A stretch of 58,450 bases of DNA from an uncultured Clostridia bacterium (GTDB lineage Bacteria; Bacillota; Clostridia; Christensenellales; UBA1242): assembly GCA_937874195.1 (NCBI GenBank), contig CALNBM010000038.1, positions 1 through 58,450 on the forward strand, in the 5' to 3' direction. The notes under the pieces were generated by a model, which was given only the letters and a program-made list of their open reading frames with translations, was not told where the DNA came from and made no database searches. Positions 1-9,790 of this stretch are shown piece after piece. The stretch's first letter is position 1; each line of letters begins with the position of its first letter. A program made the translations under genes and the position numbers.

Positions 1-1083
1 TGTCCAACAAATGCACTTAGTGAGAAAAACGATATAAACAGAGTGCTTAGAATGCTTAATGATAAAACTAAAGAAGTGGTTGTGCAAGTTGCGCCGTCAG
101 TGAGAGTGGCGCTGGCAGAAGAGTTTGGTTTTCCTATTGGCACCTTCACCGAAGGCAAAATGGTAACTGCATTAAGAAGGCTGGGATTTGACCATATCTT
201 TGATGTAAACACCGGCGCGGATTTCACAATCGTGGAAGAAAGTAAAGAACTTATTAATAGATTGACAAAAGGTACTGGACCACTTCCTATGTTCACAAGT
301 TGTTGCCCCGGCTGGTATAAATACATGGAGATGTTTGAGCCGGAGTTTAGACATAATATAAGCACTTGTAAATCGCCTAATGAAATGCTAGGCGCACTTG
401 TTAAATATTATTTTCAACAGCAAAATAAAGAAGTTAGGATTGTGTCTATCATGCCGTGTACTGCTAAAAAACATGAAGTAGTAAAGTATGGTGATATTGA
501 TGCTATTCTAACCACAAGGGAATTAGCACAATTAATAAAGTATAAAAACATTGATTACAAAAGTTTACCTGACGGAAAACTTGATCAACCGTTTGGGTTA
601 TATAGCGGAGCGGGATTGATATTTGGAGCAACTGGTGGTGTTATGGAAGCGGCGCTTAGAACTGCCAGTCAACACTTAAATAAAACGCAAAAGCCAGTAG
701 ATATTGAAATTGTTAGAGATTCTATTGGAAGAAAAGAAGTGGAAATAAAAACCGACACTAAAACGCTGAAAGTTGCAATAATTAATGGACTAAATAATGC
801 AAGATTATTCCTTAAAGATTTAAAAGAAGGGAAAACACAAGTTGATTTTGTGGAAATAATGGCGTGCCCGGGAGGATGTGTTAATGGTGGCGGTCAACCT
901 CTTATAGATTACTCAAAAATACAGTTAAGTGAAGTTATTAAAAAACGAGCTAAACCACTTTATCTAAACGATAAAAAGTCGCAAGTAAGAGCAAGTCATG
1001 AAAATGAGCAAGTTAAAAAAGTATATAAGGAATTGCTGGGGGAAAATGATGAACTAATTCATAGATTGCTTCATAATAAATAA
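1..1083 (+). CDS. hydA: [FeFe]-hydrogenase (group A) catalytic subunit, 5'-truncated by window edge
   Basis: Frame is open from base 1 (CPTNALSEK, end of a ferredoxin motif). All three H-cluster motifs are present: FTSCCPGW, MPCTAKKHE, EIMACPGGCVNGGGQP. Confidence 0.95.
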   Translation, partial: CPTNALSEKNDINRVLRMLNDKTKEVVVQVAPSVRVALAEEFGFPIGTFTEGKMVTALRRLGFDHIFDVNTGADFTIVEESKELINRLTKGTGPLPMFTSCCPGWYKYMEMFEPEFRHNISTCKSPNEMLGALVKYYFQQQNKEVRIVSIMPCTAKKHEVVKYGDIDAILTTRELAQLIKYKNIDYKSLPDGKLDQPFGLYSGAGLIFGATGGVMEAALRTASQHLNKTQKPVDIEIVRDSIGRKEVEIKTDTKTLKVAIINGLNNARLFLKDLKEGKTQVDFVEIMACPGGCVNGGGQPLIDYSKIQLSEVIKKRAKPLYLNDKKSQVRASHENEQVKKVYKELLGENDELIHRLLHNK

Positions 1084-1086
1084 ATT

Positions 1087-1125
1087 ATAAAAGGTAAAGC
1101 GAAAAACACTTTGCCTTTTTTTATA
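1087..1125 (+). terminator. Rho-independent terminator after hydrogenase
   Basis: AAAAGGTAAAG-loop-CTTTGCCTTTT followed by a T-run directly after the stop codon. Confidence 0.7.
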
Positions 1126-1164
1126 ATTTTAAAAAACCGTTGTTTAAATATTTTTTAATTATTA

Positions 1165-1193
1165 TTGACTTTACTTTTATTATTAATTATAAT
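1165..1193 (+). promoter_or_regulatory. sigma-A promoter upstream of rpmH
   Basis: TTGACT-N17-TATAAT. Confidence 0.75.
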
Positions 1194-1471
1194 AGAGAAA
1201 GTTTTGGTTGTACTATCAATCAAAACTAACAGTACTTCAATGCGAAGGGAAATTTTCTTTTAACAGTGAAGTAAAAAGTTTGAAAATTTTATATAAAAAG
1301 CATAACCCGGTAACAGAAAAACTATGCAATATAAATTGTTTGATAACTTGAAAATATTTAAAACTTTTAAGGTTCGAAAACCACTAAAAGGTGTTTTTTG
1401 TTATAAAAACCAAGGTTAACAACTTAAAAAAGATTTAAAACAAACTATAAATAATAAAAGGATATACTAAC

Positions 1472-1606
1472 ATGAAAAGAACATACCAACCTAAAAAAAA
1501 GCAAAGAAGCAAAGTTCATGGCTTTCGTGAAAGAATGAAAACCAAGAGCGGTAGAAATGTAATCAAAAAAAGAAGAAACCGAGGCAGAGCAAAGTTAAGT
1601 GCGTAA
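1472..1606 (+). CDS. rpmH: 50S ribosomal protein L34
   Basis: Not in the ORF track (44 aa). Manual translation: [44 protein letters not shown]; AAGGA RBS; precedes rnpA. Confidence 0.98.
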   Translation: MKRTYQPKKKQRSKVHGFRERMKTKSGRNVIKKRRNRGRAKLSA

Positions 1607-1668
1607 AGATGAATTAAAAACAAACGCAATTTGTTTGTTTTTTAATTTTTTTTAAAAAGGGGAAAGGA

Positions 1669-2016
1669 TTGTTAAAGCAAGAAAACCGATTGAAAAAAAG
1701 AAAAGAATTCAATTATATTTATTCAAACGGAGAATCTTCTGCGAGCAAATATCTTGTTTTATTGTTTACATCCACACCTAAAAATCCAGTAAGAGTGGGT
1801 TTTTCCGTTAGTAAAAAAATAGGGAAAGCATATTTTCGTAACAAAATAAAACGCAGATTAAGCAGTATTTTACGGGATTTAATTGCTTTAATGGAAAGTG
1901 AGTACACATATATTTTTGTTGCACGAGAAGGGGCAGGCGACATTTCATACGCAGAACTAAAACAAAATGTTCTCTATTTACTAAATAAAACTCAAAAACT
2001 TAAAGATAAGGTGTAA
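1669..2016 (+). CDS. rnpA: Ribonuclease P protein component
   Basis: RLKKRKEF, RVGFSVSKKIGKA.FRNKIKRRL motifs; position after rpmH. Confidence 0.97.
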   Translation: MLKQENRLKKRKEFNYIYSNGESSASKYLVLLFTSTPKNPVRVGFSVSKKIGKAYFRNKIKRRLSSILRDLIALMESEYTYIFVAREGAGDISYAELKQNVLYLLNKTQKLKDKV

Positions 2017-2023
2017 AAGTAAA

Positions 2024-2290
2024 ATGATTAAATTTCTTTGTTTTCCAATTAAATTTATATTGTTTATTCCCATTTACTTTTACAAATGGTGCATATCACC
2101 TTTTTTAAAAAAATCTTGTATTTATTATCCCACATGTTCTTCTTATGCAATTATTGCGATTAAAGAACATGGGGTAGTGGCAGGCAGTTCGCTTGCTATT
2201 CGGCGAATTAGTTCGTGTTTGCCTCATAATAAGGCTGGCGAGGACTATGTGCCAATAAACATAAAAGGAGATAAAAAATGGGTTTTTTAA
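2024..2290 (+). CDS. yidD: Membrane protein insertion efficiency factor
   Basis: ISP...CIYYPTCSSYA...HG...G...IRRISSC.P...G.D.VP motif; between rnpA and yidC. Confidence 0.95.
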   Translation: MIKFLCFPIKFILFIPIYFYKWCISPFLKKSCIYYPTCSSYAIIAIKEHGVVAGSSLAIRRISSCLPHNKAGEDYVPINIKGDKKWVF

Positions 2291-3339
2291 ACTCAATCCC
2301 GCAACCAACAGGATTTTGGTTTAATATTTTATTTGCTTTTGAAAATTGGCTAGGTAGTTATGTGTTAGGAATTATTTTAATAACTGTGATTATTAAATTA
2401 GCGCTACTTCCGTTAGATGTGGTAAACAAATACACTTCTAAGAAAAATTCAAGAGTACAACAAATATTAAAACCAGAGATCGAGAAGATAAAGAAAAAAT
2501 ACTCAAACAATCCACAAATGGAAAACCAAAAGACCATGGAACTTTATAAAAGAGAAAATCATTCGGTGATTGGAACTTGCGTGGGGATGCTTGTTTATAT
2601 GGCACTAACGCTAACAATATTTTTCACATTGTTAAGTTCTTTTAACACCATTGCTTCTTATAAGATTTATAATGAGTATACTCAAATGGAAGCAATTTAT
2701 GAAGATAAATTTAATGAAGTTATTTCCATTAATCCAGCTGACGAGGAACTAGCAACGAATGAAGCTGAGCTTGCTGTTATTAATTCATACAGCGACATAA
2801 AAACAGGATTTTTATGGATTCAAAATATTTGGAGGCCAGACACTAGCACAAGAATAGTGCTAACTTATAAGGATTTTTCTGACCTGGTTAAACATTTAAA
2901 TTTAAACGAAGAGCAAAAGATTAATGAAGAGCAGTATGCTAAAATTGTAACAAACTCATTTGATAGAGGGGAAGGCGCAATTTATCATGGTTGGAACGGA
3001 ATGTTTTTAGTTAGTATTTTGGCAGCATTGCTTACTTACGGTTCCATGAAAGTTACTGTGATTATGAATAAAATGAAAGCAAAAAAAGAGAATAAAGAGT
3101 ATATTGCCGGCCCAGAAGGTGGCAAAGCAATGACTTATGTTATGCCACTTATTATGGGTATTTTCACACTTCTTTACAACGCTGCATTTGGTATTTATAT
3201 CGTTGCGGGTGCGATAGTTGGCTTTATAACAGGACCACTTGTGAACTTCCTTGTTGATAAGATAGACGATAAAATTCAATATAATAATGAAATGAAAAGG
3301 ACTGCATCTTATAGCAGAACTAAAAGAGAGATAAAATGA
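2278..3339 (+). CDS. yidC: Membrane protein insertase YidC/Oxa1/SpoIIIJ
   Basis: IILITVIIKLALLPL, KPEIEKIKKKY, MELYKREN, GFLWIQNIWRPD, multiple TM segments; synteny. Confidence 0.93.
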   Translation: MGFLNSIPQPTGFWFNILFAFENWLGSYVLGIILITVIIKLALLPLDVVNKYTSKKNSRVQQILKPEIEKIKKKYSNNPQMENQKTMELYKRENHSVIGTCVGMLVYMALTLTIFFTLLSSFNTIASYKIYNEYTQMEAIYEDKFNEVISINPADEELATNEAELAVINSYSDIKTGFLWIQNIWRPDTSTRIVLTYKDFSDLVKHLNLNEEQKINEEQYAKIVTNSFDRGEGAIYHGWNGMFLVSILAALLTYGSMKVTVIMNKMKAKKENKEYIAGPEGGKAMTYVMPLIMGIFTLLYNAAFGIYIVAGAIVGFITGPLVNFLVDKIDDKIQYNNEMKRTASYSRTKREIK

Positions 3340-4067
3340 GAAAAATTGTAGCAGAAGCAAAAACAGTGGAACTTGCAATCGAAAAAGGTTTGCAAATGCT
3401 AAGTGCAACCAGAGAGCAAGTGACAATAGAAGTTTTAGAAAAAGAAACTATGCTAAAAAAAGCAAAAGTTGAACTAACTCTTTTTGAAACAGAAGAAGAG
3501 AAAGCAGAAGCGGTAAATAATCAAACACAGGCAAAACAAGTTTTAACTCAAATAAAAAAAGCAAGTTTTGAGAAAAAGGATGGAGTGGAACGCGCTGACT
3601 TATCAAAATTAGAAAATACAGTGGTGGATGATTTAACAACCTTTCTAAATGATATAATGAACATTTTAAAAATTGAAGGGCAAGTATCTTATAAAGTGCT
3701 GGATGATGACCTATATATGATAATGGAAGGGGCTAGCTTAGGAGTTTTAATTGGTCACCATGGTAACACTTTAGAAGCAGTGCAAAATTTAATAAACGCT
3801 ATTATTAAAAATAAATATGATAAATACAAGAAAAAGATTTTCTTAGACATTGAAAATTATCGTCAAAAGCGCATTGATATTTTGCAAGCACTTGCAAAAA
3901 GAATGGCAACAAAGGTTGTTCAAATGAAAAAAGGACTAAAATTGGAGCCTATGAATAGTTTTGAAAGAAGAATTATTCATTCCACATTACAAGAAATTCC
4001 AGGATTATCTACGCACAGCGAAGGAGTGGAGCCAAAACGCTATTTAGTAATAGATTATCAACCATAA
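3336..4067 (+). CDS. jag: RNA-binding protein Jag/EloR (KH + R3H)
   Basis: N-terminal AKTVELAIEKGL, KH motif LIGHHGNTLEAVQ, R3H motif LEPMNSFERRIIH, SEGVEPKR. Confidence 0.95.
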   Translation: MRKIVAEAKTVELAIEKGLQMLSATREQVTIEVLEKETMLKKAKVELTLFETEEEKAEAVNNQTQAKQVLTQIKKASFEKKDGVERADLSKLENTVVDDLTTFLNDIMNILKIEGQVSYKVLDDDLYMIMEGASLGVLIGHHGNTLEAVQNLINAIIKNKYDKYKKKIFLDIENYRQKRIDILQALAKRMATKVVQMKKGLKLEPMNSFERRIIHSTLQEIPGLSTHSEGVEPKRYLVIDYQP

Positions 4068-4103
4068 ATACACTTTAAAAATTGAACACAAACAAAAGCT
4101 AAT

Positions 4104-4140
4104 ATCTCTTATGGTAAATAAATCATAGGAGATTTTTTTT
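4104..4140 (+). terminator. Rho-independent terminator ending the rpmH-jag operon
   Basis: ATCTCTTATG-loop-CATAGGAGAT followed by a T-run. Confidence 0.7.
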
Positions 4141-4464
4141 GTAAGCGTGAGAAAAGTAACTTAAAAATGAGTTAAAAACATATTAATATTTTTAACAGAA
4201 TATCCAAAGCAGGCGCAACATTTTAGGCAAAAGGATACATTAAGAGATAAAGCAGTACGAAAATAATAAATATGTTAAAAAATCAAGAAAAAAAGTCGGC
4301 ATTATTTTAAAAGTTAATTCTTTTAATATAACCGGAGTATAATTTTTATCTCTCACATATAAATTAAAGATGCAAATTCACATATAAAATAAGTTATTTG
4401 TTATGAAATTAATTTTAAATATTATATACTACAAAAGAAATTAAAAAATAAGAAGGAAAAACGC

Positions 4465-5172
4465 ATGCTTAATATTAAAAATCTAACAAAAAAATATGGC
4501 GAAAAGGTTGCAGTTGATGATTTAACACTGCAAGTTGGAAGTGGTCAGATTTGGGCATTTATTGGTCATAACGGCGCAGGAAAAACAACAACTTTAAAAG
4601 CGGTTGCAGGAATTATAGAATATGAAAAGGGAGAAATTTTAGTGGATGATATAAACATTAAATTAAATCCCATTGAGGCTAAAAATATTATGGCGTATTT
4701 GCCTGACAATCCGGATTTGTATGAACATTTAAAAGGCATTGATTACCTTAATTTTATTGCCGATGTTTATAAAATTAATAAAGATAAAAGGCAAGAAAAT
4801 ATTGAAAAGTATGCAAAAAGATTGGCTATTTATAATGATTTGAAAGCGCCGATTTCTAGTTATTCACATGGCATGAAACAAAAATTAGCACTTGTTTCGG
4901 CACTTTTACATAATCCAAAACTGCTATTGTTAGATGAGCCATTTGTGGGATTAGATCCTAAAAGTAGCCATGAATTTAAGGAAATAATGAACGAGTTTGT
5001 AAAAGGTGGTGCCGCAATTTTTTATTCTACGCATGTGCTAGAAGTGGCAGAAAAAATATGCACGCATGTTGCAATAATTAAAAAAGGAAAACTTGTAGCT
5101 AGCGGAGAAATGGCAAAAATTCGCGGAATGAAAAGTTTGGAAAAATTGTTTTTGGAGCTGGAAAATGAATAA
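4465..5172 (+). CDS. ABC transporter ATP-binding protein (ABC-2 exporter type)
   Basis: Walker A GHNGAGKTT, signature YSHGMKQK, Walker B LLLLDEP, H-loop STH. Confidence 0.95.
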   Translation: MLNIKNLTKKYGEKVAVDDLTLQVGSGQIWAFIGHNGAGKTTTLKAVAGIIEYEKGEILVDDINIKLNPIEAKNIMAYLPDNPDLYEHLKGIDYLNFIADVYKINKDKRQENIEKYAKRLAIYNDLKAPISSYSHGMKQKLALVSALLHNPKLLLLDEPFVGLDPKSSHEFKEIMNEFVKGGAAIFYSTHVLEVAEKICTHVAIIKKGKLVASGEMAKIRGMKSLEKLFLELENE

Positions 5173-6784
5173 TGTTTTATCGCTTACAAAAATATATATT
5201 AAACAATTTATTGCACGGCTTGCATCTTTTATTACCAAGAAAAAAATTCAAAATATAATGCTAATAATTTTTATTTTTGTTATTTTTGCAAGTATAATAG
5301 CATCCGTAACCTTTCAATTTGTTTGGGGATTTGCAATGCCACTAAAAGCAATGCAGGCAGAAAAATTTATCATTACTTATGGTTTAATAATATCGGTATT
5401 TTTAAGCTTGATGATTGTTATTTATGAAATACCCGAACATTTTTATAAAAACAAAGACTATCAAACGCTAGCAAGTTTGCCACTAAGAAATTGGGAAGTG
5501 GTTACTGCTAAGATTATCACCGCATATATATCTATATTTTTATATAACCTAATAATCGTTTTACCGTCATTCATAGCATATTTTATTTATAATCCTATAA
5601 GTGTGCTGGCTATAACTATGGCTGCTGTATCACTACTATTTTTACCTATGTTTATTTTGCTAGTTGGTTGTATACTAGGTTTTTTTATTCATTTGATAAC
5701 ATCAAGACTTAAAAATAAAACATTATTTAGCACAATCTTTATGTTTCTTTTTATTATTATTATTATGGGCGTTTCCTTTCTATCTTCTGCGCAAGGCTTA
5801 CCAAATATATTTGTAAACGGGGAAACACCCTTAGCAATTAAAATAACTTTGCCGTTTATTTATTTTCTAAATACTGCTATAACAGACGGCAATGTATTTT
5901 TCTTTATTTATTTTATATTAATAAATTTTGCTTATCTTATTCTTGCGATTTGGGTGATAAGCGTTACATACACAAAAATAAATTCACATCTATTAACAAC
6001 AAAAGTAAAGATTTCAAAAAAACCAATTTCCTTTGAAAAGCAATCGCCTTTTAGTGCAATGTTAAAAAAAGAATCCAAATCGTTTTTTGGCAGTTCTATT
6101 TGGACGGTTAATGTTTTAGTGGGACCGCTAATGATAGTGGTATTAGCAGTGGTGTTTGGCATTATAATTAAAGTAGAACTTAATAATCTTGCTACCCCTA
6201 CCGAAAAACATTTTTTGATGAATATGATGAGTATTATGTATTTAGGGATTATTTCTATGCTTGTTGGCATGTGTACAACAACAACTTCAAGCATTTCTAT
6301 GGAAAGCAAAAAAATTCAAATTTTAAAACAATTACCAATTAGTTTTAACACTATGGCATTTTCAAAAATTTTATTTAGTTTCTTACTCATATATATTCCT
6401 TTAATTATAGCAAATGTTATATTTTTAATACTTAACTACATAAGTATCTTTTATGCTATCGCACTATTTGTTATCCAAGCAATTATAGTGTTTGCTTGTA
6501 GTGTAATGGGGCTTGTTATAAACTTAAAATTCCCTAAACTTATATGGAAAAAAGAAACGGAAGTTGTAAAGCAGGGCGCAAGTCTTGCTATTAGTCTTTT
6601 ATTAAATATTTTTATTGGTGCGCTTCCGCTAGTGTTGTTTTTTAGTTTCACAACTTGGTTTATGAGCGGAAATAATTATCTGTGGTTTTTATTAATTTTG
6701 CTTGTTTGGTCAACAGTATATTTGGTAACTGCTTTAATGTTATTAAAATATAAAGGCAAAAAATTATTTGAAAAAGTTTGTTAA
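5165..6784 (+). CDS. ABC-2 type exporter permease
   Basis: Highly hydrophobic multi-TM protein with duplicated L..LP motifs (DYQTLASLPL, SMESKKIQILKQLPI); overlaps the ATPase stop. Confidence 0.85.
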   Translation: MNNVLSLTKIYIKQFIARLASFITKKKIQNIMLIIFIFVIFASIIASVTFQFVWGFAMPLKAMQAEKFIITYGLIISVFLSLMIVIYEIPEHFYKNKDYQTLASLPLRNWEVVTAKIITAYISIFLYNLIIVLPSFIAYFIYNPISVLAITMAAVSLLFLPMFILLVGCILGFFIHLITSRLKNKTLFSTIFMFLFIIIIMGVSFLSSAQGLPNIFVNGETPLAIKITLPFIYFLNTAITDGNVFFFIYFILINFAYLILAIWVISVTYTKINSHLLTTKVKISKKPISFEKQSPFSAMLKKESKSFFGSSIWTVNVLVGPLMIVVLAVVFGIIIKVELNNLATPTEKHFLMNMMSIMYLGIISMLVGMCTTTTSSISMESKKIQILKQLPISFNTMAFSKILFSFLLIYIPLIIANVIFLILNYISIFYAIALFVIQAIIVFACSVMGLVINLKFPKLIWKKETEVVKQGASLAISLLLNIFIGALPLVLFFSFTTWFMSGNNYLWFLLILLVWSTVYLVTALMLLKYKGKKLFEKVC

Positions 6785-6982
6785 ATAAAGTAGTTTTGTG
6801 TGATAGTTTAACATAAATGTTTTTATTAATACGAAGACTTAAACATATAAATGTAGTAGTAACTATAACTGATTTTTACACGGTTTTAGTTTAACTTTAA
6901 ATTGATTTTAAGGCAAATTTCATTTTAGTATTTTAGATTTTGTGTTACAGGTTTATTTATTATAATTCGAAGATTAACCACT

Positions 6983-7025
6983 AAAAAACCACCTGTTACA
7001 CTTGTAAGACAGGTGGCTTATTTTT
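6983..7025. terminator. Probable bidirectional terminator between convergent genes
   Basis: A-run, CCACCTGT..TTAC / GTAA..ACAGGTGG hairpin, T-rich tail. Confidence 0.7.
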
Positions 7026-7119
7026 ATAAGATTATTTAATTTTTTAAAGCCTTATAAGAAAAGTTTTTATAAACTTAAAATTCAAATATAATATAATCTT
7101 AAACACATTTATATATGAT

Positions 7120-7749
7120 TTATTTTGGTTGTTTTGTTTTTAGTTTATCCCATCTTTTAATAACTCGTGTTTTCCAAAGCCATGGTGTTTGTTTCTTTTT
7201 TCCACGAGCAGATTGAATTATCATGAACACTTTTGTTACAGTTGTTAAGAAAAGTAAACCTATGCCTAAGAAAAACATGGAAATAAAAACCGTTTTCCAA
7301 AATATTGCTGTGCTTTTTAATGAAGTTCCTAAAATAAGAAGAAGAGCAGCAAGCGCATCTATTATATTTGTTTCCAACCCTTCATTTGCATGCAACCGCA
7401 TAAATTCGCTTTTTTTATCAATAAGAAGTGGCACAAAAAACAATAAATATCCTGTCCACGCCCATTTTCTGTGTTTTTTAATGTCAGCAGGCAACTCTTC
7501 CTTTTCAGGCTTTTTAAGATTTAAAAACTTTGCAGTGGCAGAACGAGTGTCTTCACTCACCATTTCTTTTGCCACTTCTGTTGCCTTTTCTTTGTCTACT
7601 TCAATAGGTTTATCCAAATTAAGATTAGATACTTTCTTTTTTGTTTGCGATTCTTTTTTTACTTCGGCCTTGGGTTTTTTAACCTCTTTTTTTGTTTCTA
7701 TCGCAGTTTTTGTTTCCACAGCGGTTTCAGTTTGCTTTTTGTCGTCCAT
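7120..7749 (-). CDS. DUF4870-like membrane protein with charged N-terminal extension
   Basis: GYLLFFVPLL..KKSEFMRLHANEGL resembles the DUF4870 motif; three hydrophobic segments; AGGAG RBS. Confidence 0.6.
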   Translation of the reverse strand: MDDKKQTETAVETKTAIETKKEVKKPKAEVKKESQTKKKVSNLNLDKPIEVDKEKATEVAKEMVSEDTRSATAKFLNLKKPEKEELPADIKKHRKWAWTGYLLFFVPLLIDKKSEFMRLHANEGLETNIIDALAALLLILGTSLKSTAIFWKTVFISMFFLGIGLLFLTTVTKVFMIIQSARGKKKQTPWLWKTRVIKRWDKLKTKQPK

Positions 7750-7805
7750 TTTTTTATAGCTCCTTTATTTTTAATCACTTTAGCAATTAATCAAGGGTCA
7801 TTTAA

Positions 7806-8093
7806 TTATATTTGTTTAGTTTCGTTGGGAGTTGCAGGGCTTAAAGGGGGAGATGTAGCATTCTCTATATAATCTTTTTTAAGTTTACGCTTTAACACCT
7901 TAAAATATTCCGTTTGAGCCCTTTGAAGTTGCGAGATTATAAATGGATTATGAGAACCTAAAAAGTTTGTTGCAATTTTTCCATCATTAGTTAAAATAAC
8001 ACACATACAAGTACAACATTCTTCATCGAAAACAACACCATTTTCTTTAGTAGAAATAACTAAATTTATATCGTTTAACACTGAAAACTTCAA
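7806..8093 (-). CDS. Hypothetical protein (Cys-rich CCTCMC patch)
   Basis: 95-aa ORF, TTG start with GGAG upstream, co-oriented with the 7120 ORF; no family recognised. Confidence 0.6.
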   Translation of the reverse strand: MKFSVLNDINLVISTKENGVVFDEECCTCMCVILTNDGKIATNFLGSHNPFIISQLQRAQTEYFKVLKRKLKKDYIENATSPPLSPATPNETKQI

Positions 8094-8274
8094 CTTTTAT
8101 ATAGCTCCATTTGCATTAGTATAGCAAAAAAATAATAATATTGCTATTAAAATTTCATAAAACAAATTAATTAGCAAATTAATGTTTACAAAATCGTGTG
8201 AAATGTGGTATTCTAAAAAGTAGAATTAAACTAAATGTTATATAATTGCAACAAAAGATTAAAACGGAGTGGTT

Positions 8275-8607
8275 ATGTTAAATTATATTAATTTATTTTT
8301 GAATACATTTGATTCAGGTTGGATTAAACTTAAGGACACTCAGGAAGCTCTTTATATAATCAAACAAACCATGCTGTGGTTAACGGGAGTAGTTGCTGCA
8401 TTTGGTGTTATTTATGTGATAGTGCTTGGCGTTAACTATGCTAAGGCAGAAGGTGACGGCAGGGCACAGGCGAAAAAAAGAATGGTAAACGCAATTATTG
8501 GGTTTGTATTTTTTTTAGTTGCTTTAGTGCTTTTAGTTATCTTTATTGATAATATGGAAGATATATATGTATGGGTGCGTAAATATGTCGACAAAATTTT
8601 CCCTTAA
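8275..8607 (+). CDS. TrbC/VirB2-like (conjugative pilin-like) small membrane protein
   Basis: Two TM helices separated by LGVNYAKAEGDGRAQAKKRMVNAIIG, the typical VirB2/TrbC-type pilin pattern; GGAG RBS favours ATG at 8275. Confidence 0.65.
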   Translation: MLNYINLFLNTFDSGWIKLKDTQEALYIIKQTMLWLTGVVAAFGVIYVIVLGVNYAKAEGDGRAQAKKRMVNAIIGFVFFLVALVLLVIFIDNMEDIYVWVRKYVDKIFP

Positions 8608-8647
8608 AAAATATTTGTCGAGTTTCTATTGGAGAGGAAGTTTTTTG

Positions 8648-8690
8648 GTGGTTTGAATAATAGTGATTATTTATTCAAACTACTTTTTTT
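8648..8690 (+). terminator. Rho-independent terminator after pilin-like gene
   Basis: GTGGTTTGAATAA-loop-TTATTCAAACTAC followed by T7. Confidence 0.75.
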
Positions 8691-8774
8691 AGATACATAT
8701 TAAAATATGAATTTTAGTCGTTTGCTAAAACAGCATTAATGTGCTAAACTTTAATCAGTTAAAAGGCTTACAGA

Positions 8775-9767
8775 ATGAATTTAGAGCACATTTATAAAAA
8801 ATCACTTACTCATCAAATTTTAAGAAATGATATATCATATAGCATGTTGCATCATGCTTATATGATTGTGAGCACGGATAAAATAAAAATTAACGAATAT
8901 GCAAAATTAATGGCGTGCGAAGTTTTTTGTGCGAATAATAACAAGCCGTGCTTGGAGTGTTTTGAATGTAAAAAAGTGCTTCATGGTACTCATAGTGATA
9001 TAGCAGTTTATCCCGACAAAGAAAGATTAACAGTAGAAGAAAGCAGGAAAATAGCAAGTGATATTTTTATAGCCCCTTTTGAAAGCAAGCATAAAGTTTA
9101 TATAATTGAAAACTTTGATAATGCCACCCTCCAATCACAAAATGCTCTTCTAAAAACATTAGAAGAGCCCACAAGTTTTGTTATTTTTATTTTACTTGTA
9201 AATAATGAAAACAATGTTGCAACCACTATTAAATCTCGAGTTAAAACAATCACAGAGCGCTTGATAGAAAAAGAGGACTTAATAAATATTTTTAGCGTTA
9301 AAACCAACTTTAAAAGTGAGGAATTGCAAACTTTGTGCGTGGCATCTAATGGGAATTTAACGGTTGCAAAAGAGTATTTAGAAAACGCAAATATATCAAA
9401 AATTTTATCGCTTGTGAGTGATGTGTTTTTTGAAATGAAAAAAAGTTCAGATGTTTTGCACCATGTCGAAAGAGCGTTGAAGTTTAAAGGTGACGACATG
9501 CCCACCTTTCTTGATCAAATGCTAATCCTTATAAATAATTATGCAATATTTTTAACAAACAAGGATAACATTAAAGATAGCGATTTGACCAAATACTTTA
9601 TTCAAAATGCGAGCGATTACTCACCAAAAGTACTTGAAAAAATATCAAAACATATTAACACTGCTTATAAAAAGTTAGAATCACACTGCGGACAAACGGC
9701 TATATTTGACAGTTTGTTTATGAGTATACTTGAAGAAAAATTTTTATATAAAAACAAAAATTATTAA
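8775..9767 (+). CDS. holB: DNA polymerase III delta-prime subunit
   Basis: HHAYMI, Zn motif C..PCLECFEC, H.DI, QNALLKTLEEP, TIKSR; precedes ricT. Confidence 0.92.
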   Translation: MNLEHIYKKSLTHQILRNDISYSMLHHAYMIVSTDKIKINEYAKLMACEVFCANNNKPCLECFECKKVLHGTHSDIAVYPDKERLTVEESRKIASDIFIAPFESKHKVYIIENFDNATLQSQNALLKTLEEPTSFVIFILLVNNENNVATTIKSRVKTITERLIEKEDLINIFSVKTNFKSEELQTLCVASNGNLTVAKEYLENANISKILSLVSDVFFEMKKSSDVLHHVERALKFKGDDMPTFLDQMLILINNYAIFLTNKDNIKDSDLTKYFIQNASDYSPKVLEKISKHINTAYKKLESHCGQTAIFDSLFMSILEEKFLYKNKNY

Positions 9768-9790
9768 AATAAATAAGAATGGAGGCCTTT

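Noticed and set aside
1084-1471. oriC upstream of rpmH
   Set aside because: No dnaA adjacent and no clear DnaA boxes seen; only AT-richness.
7223-7872. Plus-strand ORFs 7223-7759 and 7645-7872, and other short antisense/alternate-frame ORFs in the track
   Set aside because: Shadows of better-supported genes; no RBS or recognisable motifs.
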